From assembly GCF_048403405.1 (NCBI RefSeq), contig NZ_CP183129.1: DNA of 64,000 nucleotides. One strand, 5' to 3'. The translations under genes and the position numbers were made by a program. Positions 1 through 13,324 of this stretch are shown here, piece after piece. The notes beneath the pieces were generated by a model. That model saw only the letters and a program-made list of their open reading frames with translations. It did not search any database and was not told the origin of the DNA. Each line of letters starts with the position of its first letter. Positions within the stretch are counted from its first letter, which is position 1. This DNA comes from Escherichia coli (GTDB lineage: Bacteria > Pseudomonadota > Gammaproteobacteria > Enterobacterales > Enterobacteriaceae).

Positions 1-1042
1 TACGAGACAACAGCAGGCTGCCCTTCAGGACGGCAATCTGCTCTTTAATATTGCGTTCCGATTGAAGCGCCCGCTCCAGCCAGTTTTTGACTTTAATGTT
101 TTGCTGCATCAACTGATTACCGTTTTCAGTCGCTGTAATCAGACGCTGACTTAACTGCTGGTTAATTTCCAGTTCCTGCTTCACCAGCGGATTAGCCTGA
201 ATACGCGCGGCTTCATCCGGGGAGACGGCTTCCTGCGCCGTTTTTTCGGTTAAAGTCAGGCGCTTGCTGTTTACTGCTTCTTGCAACAGCTGCAACTGGT
301 GCTCCAGACGGGCGCTGTTCGCCGTCACGTAATCCCGTTGCTTTTGCAAGGTATCCTGTAAGACTGTGTTCCCTTCCAGGCTTTTACGCTGCTGGTCAAT
401 CTCGGCATTCAGCAAAGCCTGCTGAGCCTGCATTAACACTTTCTGGCTGGGACGTAAGGCAGTCTCGCCGACATCAGTCCCATCCAGACGACTGCGAATT
501 TGTTGCAGCTGCTGCGAAGCGTTATACATCGCATTTTGCACGCGTTCGGGCTGCGTCTGTAACGAAACCAACTGGCTGTTATAAGACGCCAGATCGTTTT
601 GTGCGTTTTGCAAATCGTCCAGCGCCTGGGCAACGCGAGTTTCCAGCTGGCGCAACGAAAGCGTACTCAGAATTTTGCGCGTTTCTTCGTCGTTATCGAC
701 ATCGCTAAGTGCTGTTAACGCCGCGGTCGCCTGGCGCATTTTTTCCGGCGCTTCAGCGACTTTTTGCCGTAGCTGAACTGTCTCTTCTTTTACGCGATCG
801 ATTTTATCGAGGGTGGCTAATGTATCTGTCAGATCCTGCTGCACCAGTTTGTCCTGAGCAGAAAGATCTTTTTGTTTATTTAGTGAGTCAAGTTGTGCCT
901 GCAGGTCCGCTTTTGTCGGCAGATCACCATTCGATGACGCCCGCGCAAACGCCGTGTTCTGGCATAACAAGACAAAAACAAAAGCAATAAATGCTGAAAA
1001 AACAAAATGCCGTGATCGTTTGTAATACTGGAACATAGTCAT
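1..1042 (-). CDS. mscK: mechanosensitive channel MscK (KefA), N-terminal ~347 codons; 3' end lies beyond the window start
   Basis: Minus-strand ATG at 1040-1042, frame read open toward the window edge; N-terminus MTMFQYYKRSRHFVFSAFIAFVFVLL... recognised as MscK; divergent neighbour of acrR as in K-12. Absent from the ORF table because the stop is outside the window. Confidence 0.85.
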   Translation of the reverse strand, partial: MTMFQYYKRSRHFVFSAFIAFVFVLLCQNTAFARASSNGDLPTKADLQAQLDSLNKQKDLSAQDKLVQQDLTDTLATLDKIDRVKEETVQLRQKVAEAPEKMRQATAALTALSDVDNDEETRKILSTLSLRQLETRVAQALDDLQNAQNDLASYNSQLVSLQTQPERVQNAMYNASQQLQQIRSRLDGTDVGETALRPSQKVLMQAQQALLNAEIDQQRKSLEGNTVLQDTLQKQRDYVTANSARLEHQLQLLQEAVNSKRLTLTEKTAQEAVSPDEAARIQANPLVKQELEINQQLSQRLITATENGNQLMQQNIKVKNWLERALQSERNIKEQIAVLKGSLLLSR

Positions 1043-1169
1043 GATGAATGAAGGTTTCTGAACCTGAAGAACGACCTGAAAAAGTCAAACCGCAAGAATA
1101 TCACGACGCAGTGAACCAGAATAGCAACGACGAAAATGTCCAGGAAAAATCCTGGAGTCAGATTCAGGG

Positions 1170-1817
1170 TTATTCGGTAATGGCAGGGTTACGAAGCGTG
1201 GGACACAGGAGATACATCTCCAGTAAGATGGCGACGTAATCGCGGGCTTCTTTTTTAAGATCAAAAGATTGCGGGGCAAAGAGCCAGTTTTCCATCAGGC
1301 CGGAAATATAGCCGCGCATAATAATTGCTGCCCGACGCGTCATTAAATCCGCAGGCAACATTTTCGCTTCAATACAATGTTTTAACGTTTGTTCTATACG
1401 GTCATAACTTTCCAGACAGAGATTACGTTGTGCCTGTTGCACAACAGCCATTTCTCCGACAAATTCGCATTTGTGGAATATAATCTCCATCAATAATCGA
1501 CGCCGTTCTTCTGTCACCGTGGATTCAAGAACATGAATTAATATCTCTCTTAATACTGAGAGTGGATCGCCAGGGAATTTTGCCTGATACTCAAGCTCTA
1601 GTTCACCAATATTGGATTCTGACAGTTCCCAGATCTCACTGAACAAATCCGACTTGTCTTTAAAATGCCAGTAGATTGCACCGCGCGTAACGCCAGCTGC
1701 TTTTGCAATCTCGCCCAGCGAGGTGGATGATACCCCCTGCTGTGAGAAAAGACGTAGAGCCACATCGAGGATGTGTTGGCGCATTTCTTGCGCTTCTTGT
1801 TTGGTTTTTCGTGCCAT
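1170..1817 (-). CDS. acrR: TetR-family repressor AcrR
   Basis: 215-aa [27 protein letters not shown]...; divergent from acrAB. Confidence 0.97.
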   Translation of the reverse strand: MARKTKQEAQEMRQHILDVALRLFSQQGVSSTSLGEIAKAAGVTRGAIYWHFKDKSDLFSEIWELSESNIGELELEYQAKFPGDPLSVLREILIHVLESTVTEERRRLLMEIIFHKCEFVGEMAVVQQAQRNLCLESYDRIEQTLKHCIEAKMLPADLMTRRAAIIMRGYISGLMENWLFAPQSFDLKKEARDYVAILLEMYLLCPTLRNPAITE

Positions 1818-1845
1818 ATGTTCGTGAATTTACAGGCGTTAGATT

Positions 1846-1869
1846 TACATACATTTGTGAATGTATGTA
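1846..1869. promoter_or_regulatory. AcrR operator, 24-bp inverted repeat in the acrR-acrA divergent promoter region
   Basis: TACATACATT-TGTG-AATGTATGTA read directly between the acrR and acrA start codons; matches the known AcrR binding palindrome. Confidence 0.75.
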
Positions 1870-1958
1870 CCATAGCACGACGATAATATAAACGCAGCAA
1901 TGGGTTTATTAACTTTTGACCATTGACCAATTTGAAATCGGACACTCGAGGTTTACAT

Positions 1959-3152
1959 ATGAACAAAAACAGAGGGTTTACGCCTCTGGCGGTCGTTCTG
2001 ATGCTCTCAGGCAGCTTAGCCCTAACAGGATGTGACGACAAACAGGCCCAACAAGGTGGCCAGCAGATGCCCGCCGTTGGCGTAGTAACAGTCAAAACTG
2101 AACCTCTGCAGATCACAACCGAGCTTCCGGGTCGCACCAGTGCCTACCGGATCGCAGAAGTTCGTCCTCAAGTTAGCGGGATTATCCTGAAGCGTAATTT
2201 CAAAGAAGGTAGCGACATCGAAGCAGGTGTCTCTCTCTATCAGATTGATCCTGCGACCTATCAGGCGGCATACGACAGCGCGAAAGGCGATCTGGCGAAA
2301 GCCCAGGCTGCAGCCAATATCGCGCAATTGACGGTGAATCGTTATCAGAAATTGCTCGGTACTCAGTACATCAGTAAGCAAGAGTACGATCAGGCTCTGG
2401 CTGATGCGCAACAGGCGAATGCTGCGGTCACTGCGGCGAAAGCTGCCGTTGAAACTGCGCGGATCAATCTGGCTTACACCAAAGTCACCTCTCCGATTAG
2501 CGGTCGCATTGGTAAGTCGAACGTGACAGAAGGCGCATTGGTACAGAACGGTCAGGCGACTGCGCTGGCAACCGTGCAGCAACTTGATCCGATCTACGTT
2601 GATGTGACCCAGTCCAGCAACGACTTCCTGCGCCTGAAACAGGAACTGGCAAATGGCACGCTGAAACAAGAGAACGGCAAAGCCAAAGTGTCGCTGATCA
2701 CCAGTGACGGCATTAAGTTCCCGCAGGACGGTACGCTGGAATTCTCTGACGTTACCGTTGATCAGACCACCGGGTCTATCACCCTACGCGCTATCTTCCC
2801 GAACCCGGATCACACTCTGCTGCCGGGTATGTTCGTACGTGCACGTCTGGAAGAAGGGCTTAATCCAAACGCTATTTTAGTCCCGCAACAGGGCGTAACC
2901 CGTACGCCGCGTGGCGATGCCACCGTACTGGTGGTTGGCGCGGATGACAAAGTGGAAACCCGTCCGATCGTTGCAAGCCAGGCTATCGGCGATAAGTGGC
3001 TGGTGACAGAAGGTCTGAAAGCAGGCGATCGCGTAGTAATAAGTGGGCTGCAGAAAGTGCGTCCTGGTGTCCAGGTAAAAGCACAAGAAGTTACCGCTGA
3101 TAATAACCAGCAAGCCGCAAGCGGTGCTCAGCCTGAACAGTCCAAGTCTTAA
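1959..3152 (+). CDS. acrA: multidrug efflux periplasmic adaptor AcrA
   Basis: Start moved to internal ATG (residue 13 of table ORF 1923..3152), giving 397 aa MNKNRGFTPLAVVLMLSGSLALTGC... with lipobox. Confidence 0.96.
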   Translation: MNKNRGFTPLAVVLMLSGSLALTGCDDKQAQQGGQQMPAVGVVTVKTEPLQITTELPGRTSAYRIAEVRPQVSGIILKRNFKEGSDIEAGVSLYQIDPATYQAAYDSAKGDLAKAQAAANIAQLTVNRYQKLLGTQYISKQEYDQALADAQQANAAVTAAKAAVETARINLAYTKVTSPISGRIGKSNVTEGALVQNGQATALATVQQLDPIYVDVTQSSNDFLRLKQELANGTLKQENGKAKVSLITSDGIKFPQDGTLEFSDVTVDQTTGSITLRAIFPNPDHTLLPGMFVRARLEEGLNPNAILVPQQGVTRTPRGDATVLVVGADDKVETRPIVASQAIGDKWLVTEGLKAGDRVVISGLQKVRPGVQVKAQEVTADNNQQAASGAQPEQSKS

Positions 3153-3171
3153 CTTAAACAGGAGCCGTTAA

Positions 3172-6324
<3,153 letters not shown>

Positions 6325-6343
6325 TACAACGTGTAATCACTAA

Positions 6344-6366
6344 GGCCGCGCAAGCGGCCTTTTTTA
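6344..6366 (+). terminator. rho-independent terminator after acrB
   Basis: GGCCGC-gcaa-GCGGCC hairpin followed by a T7 run, 20 nt after the acrB stop. Confidence 0.7.
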
Positions 6367-6869
6367 TGCATAACCTACGAACATTAAGGAGTCATTGAAC
6401 CACCAACTCAGGATCTCATACGAAAACCAGTATTAAACACGTATAAAATTCATAAAAAATACTGATTGTTAGTTAATTTATATTAAGTAGCGCTAATAGA
6501 TTTAATAATCCATAATCATTTAGAGGCTATTCTTAATTATTTGCGGTAATTCTTTATTCATTCCTCGGTTATTACGTCATATTCAGAGCAATCCTGGTAT
6601 TAGTGTTACCAATTTCATCTGGCGATAATCCTGAAATGTTATGAACAGTTCGAGCAAACTGCTTTTACCTGCTGCGGGTTAGTGCTAGTATGAAAAAGTA
6701 AGTCCTGTCCCGCTTCCTTCCTAATTGTAATTTTTCGTAATAATGCGATGAAAACCTGCAAAGAGTGGCTTATAGTTAAGCTAACAAACGAGAGGGCAAG
6801 TCCAGGTCAGTAAGTTTTTTCCATCCCGAAAGGTGTCCGTTAGTTCAACCACTAAGAAGGGGACGCGTT

Positions 6870-7244
6870 ATGGATGAATACTCACCCAAAAGACATGATA
6901 TCGCACAGCTTAAGTTTCTCTGTGAAACCCTGTATCATGACTGTCTTGCAAACCTTGAAGAAAGCAATCATGGCTGGGTTAACGACCCAACCTCGGCGAT
7001 CAACCTCCAGTTGAATGAACTGATTGAGCATATTGCGACCTTCGCACTTAATTACAAAATTAAGTATAATGAAGACAATAAGCTCATTGAGCAGATCGAC
7101 GAATATCTGGATGACACCTTTATGTTGTTCAGCAGTTATGGTATTAATATGCAGGATCTTCAGAAATGGCGGAAGTCAGGTAATCGACTATTCCGTTGTT
7201 TTGTCAATGCGACGAAAGAGAATCCTGCGAGTTTATCTTGTTAG
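6870..7244 (+). CDS. tomB: Hha toxicity modulator TomB (YbaJ)
   Basis: 124-aa [28 protein letters not shown]...; upstream of hha. Confidence 0.93.
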
Positions 7245-7269
7245 AATTATTACAACCATGGGTAGAAGT

Positions 7270-7488
7270 ATGTCCGAAAAACCTTTAACAAAAACCGATT
7301 ATTTAATGCGTTTACGTCGTTGCCAGACAATTGACACGCTGGAGCGTGTTATCGAGAAAAATAAATACGAATTATCAGATAATGAACTGGCGGTATTTTA
7401 CTCAGCCGCAGATCACCGCCTCGCCGAATTGACCATGAATAAACTGTACGACAAGATCCCTTCCTCAGTATGGAAATTTATTCGCTAA
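7270..7488 (+). CDS. hha: haemolysin expression modulator Hha
   Basis: 72 aa [35 protein letters not shown]... from internal ATG of table ORF 7024..7488. Confidence 0.95.
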
Positions 7489-7659
7489 TAAATAATTCGC
7501 TTTCGGAGCTATAACCAGCTGTTTATTAAGAATTTTATACTTTTTCGCCATGAAGACGTACCCTATGTGATCTTTATCACACAGATGTAATGGGAACGTT
7601 CTCTTCACTGACTTTTCATCTTACTGTGTTGCCGCATTTTCAGCAACCGGAGGTCAGTA

Positions 7660-8211
7660 ATGAGCACAGAAAAAGAAAAGATGATTGCTGGTGAGTTGTA
7701 TCGCTCGGCAGATGAGACGTTATCTCGCGATCGCCTGCGCGCTCGTCAGCTTATTCACCGATACAATCATTCCCTGGCGGAAGAGCACACATTACGCCAG
7801 CAAATTCTCGCTGATGTATTCGGTCAGGTGACAGAGGCTTATATTGAGCCAACGTTTCGCTGTGATTATGGCTATAACATTTTTCTCGGCAATAATTTTT
7901 TCGCCAACTTCGATTGCGTGATGCTTGATGTCTGCCCTATTCGCATCGGTGATAACTGTATGTTGGCACCAGGCGTTCATATCTACACGGCAACACATCC
8001 CATCGACCCTGTAGCACGTAATAGCGGTGCTGAACTGGGGAAACCCGTCACCATCGGTAATAACGTCTGGATTGGCGGACGCGCGGTCATTAACCCTGGT
8101 GTGACCATTGGTGATAACGTCGTGGTAGCCTCAGGTGCAGTTGTCACAAAAGATGTCCCGGACAACGTTGTCGTGGGCGGTAATCCAGCCAGAATCATTA
8201 AAAAATTGTAA
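7660..8211 (+). CDS. maa: maltose O-acetyltransferase (hexapeptide-repeat acyltransferase)
   Basis: 183-aa [24 protein letters not shown]... with left-handed beta-helix repeats. Confidence 0.93.
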   Translation: MSTEKEKMIAGELYRSADETLSRDRLRARQLIHRYNHSLAEEHTLRQQILADVFGQVTEAYIEPTFRCDYGYNIFLGNNFFANFDCVMLDVCPIRIGDNCMLAPGVHIYTATHPIDPVARNSGAELGKPVTIGNNVWIGGRAVINPGVTIGDNVVVASGAVVTKDVPDNVVVGGNPARIIKKL

Positions 8212-8326
8212 CCAGTTTTTCGCAACTGTTATGCAAAATCGTGGCAAATCTGTTACTTTCCCTCTACTATTCCCACGTTAAAATAGGGTGTTCCCTGGAA
8301 AGTTGCAGATACCACGAAGGCAAACG

Positions 8327-8797
8327 ATGACCGAAATACAACGCCTGCTGACCGAAACAATTGAGTCTCTAAATACCCGCGAAAAACGCGACAACAAACC
8401 CCGCTTTAGTATCAGTTTTATCCGTAAACATCCGGGGCTGTTTATCGGTATGTATGTTGCTTTTTTTGCCACCCTGGCGGTGATGTTGCAGTCCAAAACG
8501 CTTTCAGGCTCTGTCTGGCTACTGGTTGTATTATTTATCCTGCTTAATGGTTTCTTCTTTTTCGATGTCTACCCACGCTACCGCTATGAAGATATCGACG
8601 TGCTGGATTTCCGCGTTTGCTATAACGGCGAATGGTACAACACGCGCTTTGTACCTGCCGCGCTGGTTGAAGCCATCTTGAACTCTCCGCGTGTCGCGGA
8701 TGTTCAAAAAGAACAACTGCAAAAAATGATCGTCCGTAAAGGTGAATTGTCTTTTTACGATATTTTTACCCTTGCTCGCGCCGAATCAACATCTTAA
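8327..8797 (+). CDS. ylaC: inner membrane protein YlaC
   Basis: 156 aa from internal [18 protein letters not shown]...; two predicted TM helices. Confidence 0.88.
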   Translation: MTEIQRLLTETIESLNTREKRDNKPRFSISFIRKHPGLFIGMYVAFFATLAVMLQSKTLSGSVWLLVVLFILLNGFFFFDVYPRYRYEDIDVLDFRVCYNGEWYNTRFVPAALVEAILNSPRVADVQKEQLQKMIVRKGELSFYDIFTLARAESTS

Positions 8798-8954
8798 GTT
8801 AGAGTTACATACCAGGCGTAAAGCTCTGCGCCTGGTCAAATGACAACGTTCGTTTCCACCCATCACTTGATGAAATACCGGCTCTACCTCCTTATCTCCT
8901 GCCAGCCTTTTTCCACAATCGGATATACTTTCTCTACACTGTGTTAATAAGGAT

Positions 8955-10511
8955 ATGCTGGTGAGAACACGACATCTGGTCGGCCTTATTTCGGGAGTAC
9001 TGATTCTTTCAGTATTGCTGCCTGTCGGCTTAAGCATCTGGCTGGCCCATCAGCAGGTAGAAACATCATTTATTGAAGAGCTGAATACCTATTCCTCCCG
9101 CGTCGCTATTCGGGCCAATAAGGTGGCGATACAAGGGAAAGATGCACTGCAAGAGCTGGAAAGATGGCAAGGCGCTGCCTGTAGCGAAGCCCATCTCATG
9201 GAAATGCGTCGGATATCTTACAGTTATCGCTATATTCAGGAAGTGGTTTATATCGATAACAACGTTCCCCAGTGTTCGTCTCTGGAGCATGAAAGCCCGC
9301 CCGATACCTTCCCCGAGCCAGGTAAAATTTCGAAAGATGGTTATCGTGTCTGGTTAACATCGCATAACGATTTAGGCATTATCCGTTACATGGTTGCCAT
9401 GGGAACGGCACATTATGTCGTCATGATCGACCCCGCTTCCTTTATTGATGTCATTCCCTATAGCTCATGGCAAATTGATGCCGCCATTATTGGCAATGCC
9501 CATAACGTTGTGATAACCAGCAGCGATGAAATTGCTCAGGGAATTATTACCAGACTACAAAAAACACCCGGTGAGCATATCGAAAATAATGGAATCATTT
9601 ACGATATCCTGCCCTTCCCGGAAATGAATATTTCGATCATCACCTGGGCTTCAACGAAAATGTTGCAGAAAGGCTGGCATCGGCAAGTCTTTATTTGGTT
9701 ACCGCTCGGGTTGGTGATTGGCCTGCTGGCAGCGATGTTTGTGCTGCGTATTTTGCGCCGTATCCAGTCACCGCATCATCGGCTGCAGGATGCTATCGAA
9801 AATCGTGATATTTGCGTGCACTATCAGCCGATTGTCTCCTTAGCCAATGGCAAAATTGTCGGTGCTGAGGCACTGTCGCGCTGGCCGCAGACAGACGGTA
9901 GTTGGTTGTCACCAGATAGTTTTATTCCGCTGGCACAGCAAACGGGCCTTTCTGAGCCATTGACGCTACTGATTATAAGAAGCGTCTTTGAAGATATGGG
10001 CGACTGGCTGCGTCAGCATCCGCAGCAGCATATTTCGATCAATCTTGAATCCACCGTGCTCACCTCGGAAAAAATCCCGCAATTGCTGCGTGAAATGATC
10101 AATCACTATCAGGTTAATCCCAGACAGATCGCGCTTGAACTCACTGAACGCGAGTTTGCTGATCCGAAAACCAGCGCCCCGATAATTTCTCGCTACCGGG
10201 AGGCGGGCCATGAAATTTATCTTGATGATTTTGGTACGGGGTATTCAAGTTTAAGTTATTTACAGGATCTGGATGTCGACATTCTGAAGATAGATAAATC
10301 TTTCGTTGATGCGCTGGAATATAAAAATGTCACGCCGCATATCATCGAAATGGCAAAAACACTGAAACTGAAAATGGTAGCGGAGGGAATCGAAACCAGT
10401 AAACAAGAAGAGTGGTTACGCCAGCATGGCGTGCACTACGGTCAGGGCTGGCTCTACAGCAAGGCATTACCGAAAGAAGATTTCTTACGCTGGGCCGAGC
10501 AACATTTGTGA
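8955..10511 (+). CDS. pdeB: c-di-GMP phosphodiesterase PdeB (YlaB), EAL domain
   Basis: 518-aa ORF with N-terminal TM/periplasmic sensor region and C-terminal EAL motif (EALSRW); true start may be the GTG two codons in (8961). Confidence 0.9.
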   Translation: MLVRTRHLVGLISGVLILSVLLPVGLSIWLAHQQVETSFIEELNTYSSRVAIRANKVAIQGKDALQELERWQGAACSEAHLMEMRRISYSYRYIQEVVYIDNNVPQCSSLEHESPPDTFPEPGKISKDGYRVWLTSHNDLGIIRYMVAMGTAHYVVMIDPASFIDVIPYSSWQIDAAIIGNAHNVVITSSDEIAQGIITRLQKTPGEHIENNGIIYDILPFPEMNISIITWASTKMLQKGWHRQVFIWLPLGLVIGLLAAMFVLRILRRIQSPHHRLQDAIENRDICVHYQPIVSLANGKIVGAEALSRWPQTDGSWLSPDSFIPLAQQTGLSEPLTLLIIRSVFEDMGDWLRQHPQQHISINLESTVLTSEKIPQLLREMINHYQVNPRQIALELTEREFADPKTSAPIISRYREAGHEIYLDDFGTGYSSLSYLQDLDVDILKIDKSFVDALEYKNVTPHIIEMAKTLKLKMVAEGIETSKQEEWLRQHGVHYGQGWLYSKALPKEDFLRWAEQHL

Positions 10512-10552
10512 ATTGTAGGGCTGACGGCACGCCGCACAGCCCGTCACGCTAC

Positions 10553-10906
10553 CTATTCGTCGATGATTGACTCGAATCCGCCATAAATCATTCGCTTACC
10601 ATCAAACGGCATGGACTCGCCGAACTCTTTCATCCGTGGGTCCGACATCATCTTTTGATTAGCAGCGTCGCGGACCTCTTTTGAGGGGTATTCAATCCAG
10701 CTAAAGACAACCTCTTCATTCTCTTCAGCTTTTACCGCCATACGAAAATCGGTCACTTTGCCATCCGGTACATCGCTGGCCCAGCATTCGACAATACGAA
10801 GCGCGCCAAACTCTTTAAACAATGGCGCAGCCTTAGCAGCCATTTCCCGATAGGCATCCTTTTTATCGGCAGGAACGGCAACCACAAAACCATCAACATA
10901 CTTCAT
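10553..10906 (-). CDS. ybaA: DUF1428 protein YbaA
   Basis: 117-aa ORF MKYVDGFVVAVPADKKDAYREMAAK... Confidence 0.9.
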   Translation of the reverse strand: MKYVDGFVVAVPADKKDAYREMAAKAAPLFKEFGALRIVECWASDVPDGKVTDFRMAVKAEENEEVVFSWIEYPSKEVRDAANQKMMSDPRMKEFGESMPFDGKRMIYGGFESIIDE

Positions 10907-11016
10907 CAGACATACCTCCGAAGCGTACTGCGCAGCCAGACAATTCTTGCGACGTCAGTTGTGGTTAAAGTTTAGCCATGTTGGGATTTTTTGACGAAAC
11001 GGGGGGAGGCAGAAAT

Positions 11017-11130
11017 GGGTGGGGGCCCTGCCAGCTACATCCCGGCACACGCGTCATCTGCCTTGGCTGCTTCCTTCCGGACCTGACCTGGTAAACAGAG
11101 TAGCGTTGCGGGAGAACCAACAGAGCCCCC
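11017..11130 (-). ncRNA. ffs: 4.5S RNA (signal recognition particle RNA)
   Basis: Minus strand reads GGGGGCUCUGUUGGUUCUCCCGCAACGC...GGCAGGGCCCCCACCC, 114 nt, matching E. coli 4.5S RNA over its whole length from memory. Confidence 0.93.
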
Positions 11131-11206
11131 ATTGAGAGCGTTGAGAACCAACGCGCAGGCGCATTATCACTGCTGCCCCGGCTAATTGCAACCCATTGCG
11201 TGCCGG

Positions 11207-11596
11207 ATGCTGGTTTCTTGCGCAATGCGGCTTCACTCGGGCGTTTTTCCAGATTATGCTGAAAAATTACCTCAGGAAGAAAAGATGGAAAAAGAAGATT
11301 CATTTCCCCAACGCGTCTGGCAAATCGTCGCCGCTATTCCCGAAGGCTATGTCACCACTTACGGTGATGTGGCGAAACTGGCAGGATCGCCCCGCGCCGC
11401 GCGCCAGGTGGGCGGTGTGTTAAAGCGTCTCCCCGAAGACAGCACCTTACCCTGGCACCGGGTGGTTAATCGCCACGGCACAATTTCGCTAACCGGACCG
11501 GATTTACAGCGTCAACGACAGGCATTACTGGCAGAAGGTGTGATGGTATCGGGAAGCGGGCAAATCGACTTGCAGCGTTATCGCTGGAACTACTAA
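11207..11596 (+). CDS. atl: alkyltransferase-like DNA repair protein Atl (YbaZ)
   Basis: 129 aa from internal ATG MLVSCAMRLHSGVFPDYAEKLPQEEK... (table ORF 11186 starts at an upstream TTG). Confidence 0.85.
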   Translation: MLVSCAMRLHSGVFPDYAEKLPQEEKMEKEDSFPQRVWQIVAAIPEGYVTTYGDVAKLAGSPRAARQVGGVLKRLPEDSTLPWHRVVNRHGTISLTGPDLQRQRQALLAEGVMVSGSGQIDLQRYRWNY

Positions 11597-11626
11597 CCCT
11601 CTCCGGGCGGAGAGGGTTAACTGCGC

Positions 11627-12199
11627 TTAATATTGCGTAGGAGCTGGAACTGCCGAAGACGGATTCACCTGAGTTGGTGAAGTCGAAGGTACGGTAGTCG
11701 TTGCGCCACCGCTGGCCTGAACCGGCACGGCGGTTTGCTGCACCGGCACCAATGTCAGGTCGGCTTTAGTTCCGCCCTGGTTGATCACCGGCTGAACGGT
11801 ATCGGTAATAAATACCAGTTTGTCATTCACGGTAATCGCCGCACTCAACAGAATACGCGCATTCGGCTGAACATCTGCCGGGTTAAATGGCAGAACAAAG
11901 CTGAATGGTGACTGTTTGCCTTCGGTACGCACCGCTTTCTGCGCCAGTACTTTTGACGGTGCATCGGCTAACGACGCGTCAGAAAGTGTCACGGTCAGCA
12001 CAGCATCAGGCGGCAGTGCGACTTTCTGACGGATCCAGACGGTACCGGAGACATTCGGTTGCTGGATAGCAGGTTGTTGTGTTGCTGAAATAGACGTATT
12101 TGCAGCCGGTGCTGGCGTCTGAATATCCGCGCTTTTATCTGCGCAAGCCGCCAACGCAATCGCAACCGCTAAACCACTGGCCATGTGCACGAGTTTCAT
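11627..12199 (-). CDS. ybaY: lipoprotein YbaY
   Basis: 190-aa ORF MKLVHMASGLAVAIALAACADKS... with lipobox. Confidence 0.9.
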   Translation of the reverse strand: MKLVHMASGLAVAIALAACADKSADIQTPAPAANTSISATQQPAIQQPNVSGTVWIRQKVALPPDAVLTVTLSDASLADAPSKVLAQKAVRTEGKQSPFSFVLPFNPADVQPNARILLSAAITVNDKLVFITDTVQPVINQGGTKADLTLVPVQQTAVPVQASGGATTTVPSTSPTQVNPSSAVPAPTQY

Positions 12200-12415
12200 T
12201 CACTTCTCCTTATTATCAATGCACCAGCGGGCTAACTTTCCTCGCCGGAGAGTGGTTAACAAAATAGTAACGTCAACAAGTGTGGCACACATCACGCATT
12301 TCTGCCTGTAATTAGCCCGTAATTCAGACCATTGCACCCATCGGACCAGTGGCAAATTTGCGTTATACTCAACTCACTTTGGCTTGCTGCGGCAGCTTTG
12401 TTACTGGAGAGTTAT

Positions 12416-13276
12416 ATGAGTCAGGCGCTAAAAAATTTACTGACATTGTTAAATCTGGAAAAAATTGAGGAAGGACTCTTTCGCGGCCAGAGTGAAGATT
12501 TAGGTTTACGCCAGGTGTTTGGCGGCCAGGTCGTGGGTCAGGCCTTGTATGCTGCAAAAGAGACCGTCCCTGAAGAGCGGCTGGTACATTCGTTTCATAG
12601 CTACTTTCTTCGCCCTGGCGATAGTAAGAAGCCGATTATTTATGATGTCGAAACGCTGCGTGACGGTAACAGCTTCAGCGCCCGCCGGGTTGCTGCTATT
12701 CAAAACGGCAAACCGATTTTTTATATGACTGCCTCTTTCCAGGCACCAGAAGCGGGTTTCGAACATCAAAAAACGATGCCGTCCGCGCCAGCGCCTGATG
12801 GCCTGCCTTCGGAAACGCAAATCGCCCAATCGCTGGCGCACCTGCTGCCGCCAGTGCTGAAAGATAAATTCATCTGCGATCGTCCGCTTGAAGTCCGTCC
12901 GGTGGAGTTTCATAACCCACTGAAAGGGCACGTCGCAGAACCGCATCGTCAGGTGTGGATCCGCGCAAATGGTAGCGTGCCGGATGATCTGCGCGTTCAT
13001 CAGTATCTGCTCGGTTACGCTTCTGATCTTAACTTCCTGCCGGTAGCTCTACAGCCGCACGGCATCGGTTTTCTCGAACCAGGAATTCAGATAGCGACCA
13101 TCGACCATTCCATGTGGTTCCATCGCCCGTTTAATTTGAATGAATGGCTGCTGTATAGCGTGGAGAGCACCTCGGCGTCCAGCGCTCGCGGCTTTGTGCG
13201 CGGTGAGTTTTATACCCAGAATGGCGTGCTGGTTGCCTCGACCGTTCAGGAAGGGGTAATGCGTAATCATAATTAA
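12416..13276 (+). CDS. tesB: acyl-CoA thioesterase II
   Basis: 286 aa from internal [33 protein letters not shown]... Confidence 0.95.
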   Translation: MSQALKNLLTLLNLEKIEEGLFRGQSEDLGLRQVFGGQVVGQALYAAKETVPEERLVHSFHSYFLRPGDSKKPIIYDVETLRDGNSFSARRVAAIQNGKPIFYMTASFQAPEAGFEHQKTMPSAPAPDGLPSETQIAQSLAHLLPPVLKDKFICDRPLEVRPVEFHNPLKGHVAEPHRQVWIRANGSVPDDLRVHQYLLGYASDLNFLPVALQPHGIGFLEPGIQIATIDHSMWFHRPFNLNEWLLYSVESTSASSARGFVRGEFYTQNGVLVASTVQEGVMRNHN

Positions 13277-13316
13277 AAAAATAGCCGGAGGTGAAAACCG
13301 TCCGGCTGTTTTTTGC
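13275..13316. terminator. bidirectional rho-independent terminator between convergent tesB and amtB
   Basis: AGCCGGA...TCCGGCT stem flanked by an A-run on the left and a T-run on the right. Confidence 0.7.
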
Positions 13317-13324
13317 AGTGCTTG

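Noticed and set aside
1048-1239. 63-aa ORF in the mscK-acrR intergenic region
   Set aside because: Overlaps the 3' end of acrR on the opposite strand; no SD; not a known gene at this conserved locus.
8955-8961. Alternative start for pdeB (ATG 8955 vs GTG 8961)
   Set aside because: Cannot be resolved from sequence alone; the table ATG is kept and the alternative noted.
11196-11423. 75-aa alternative-frame ORF overlapping atl
   Set aside because: Out-of-frame overlap with the recognised Atl reading frame; starts at TTG; Lys/Arg-rich nonsense translation.
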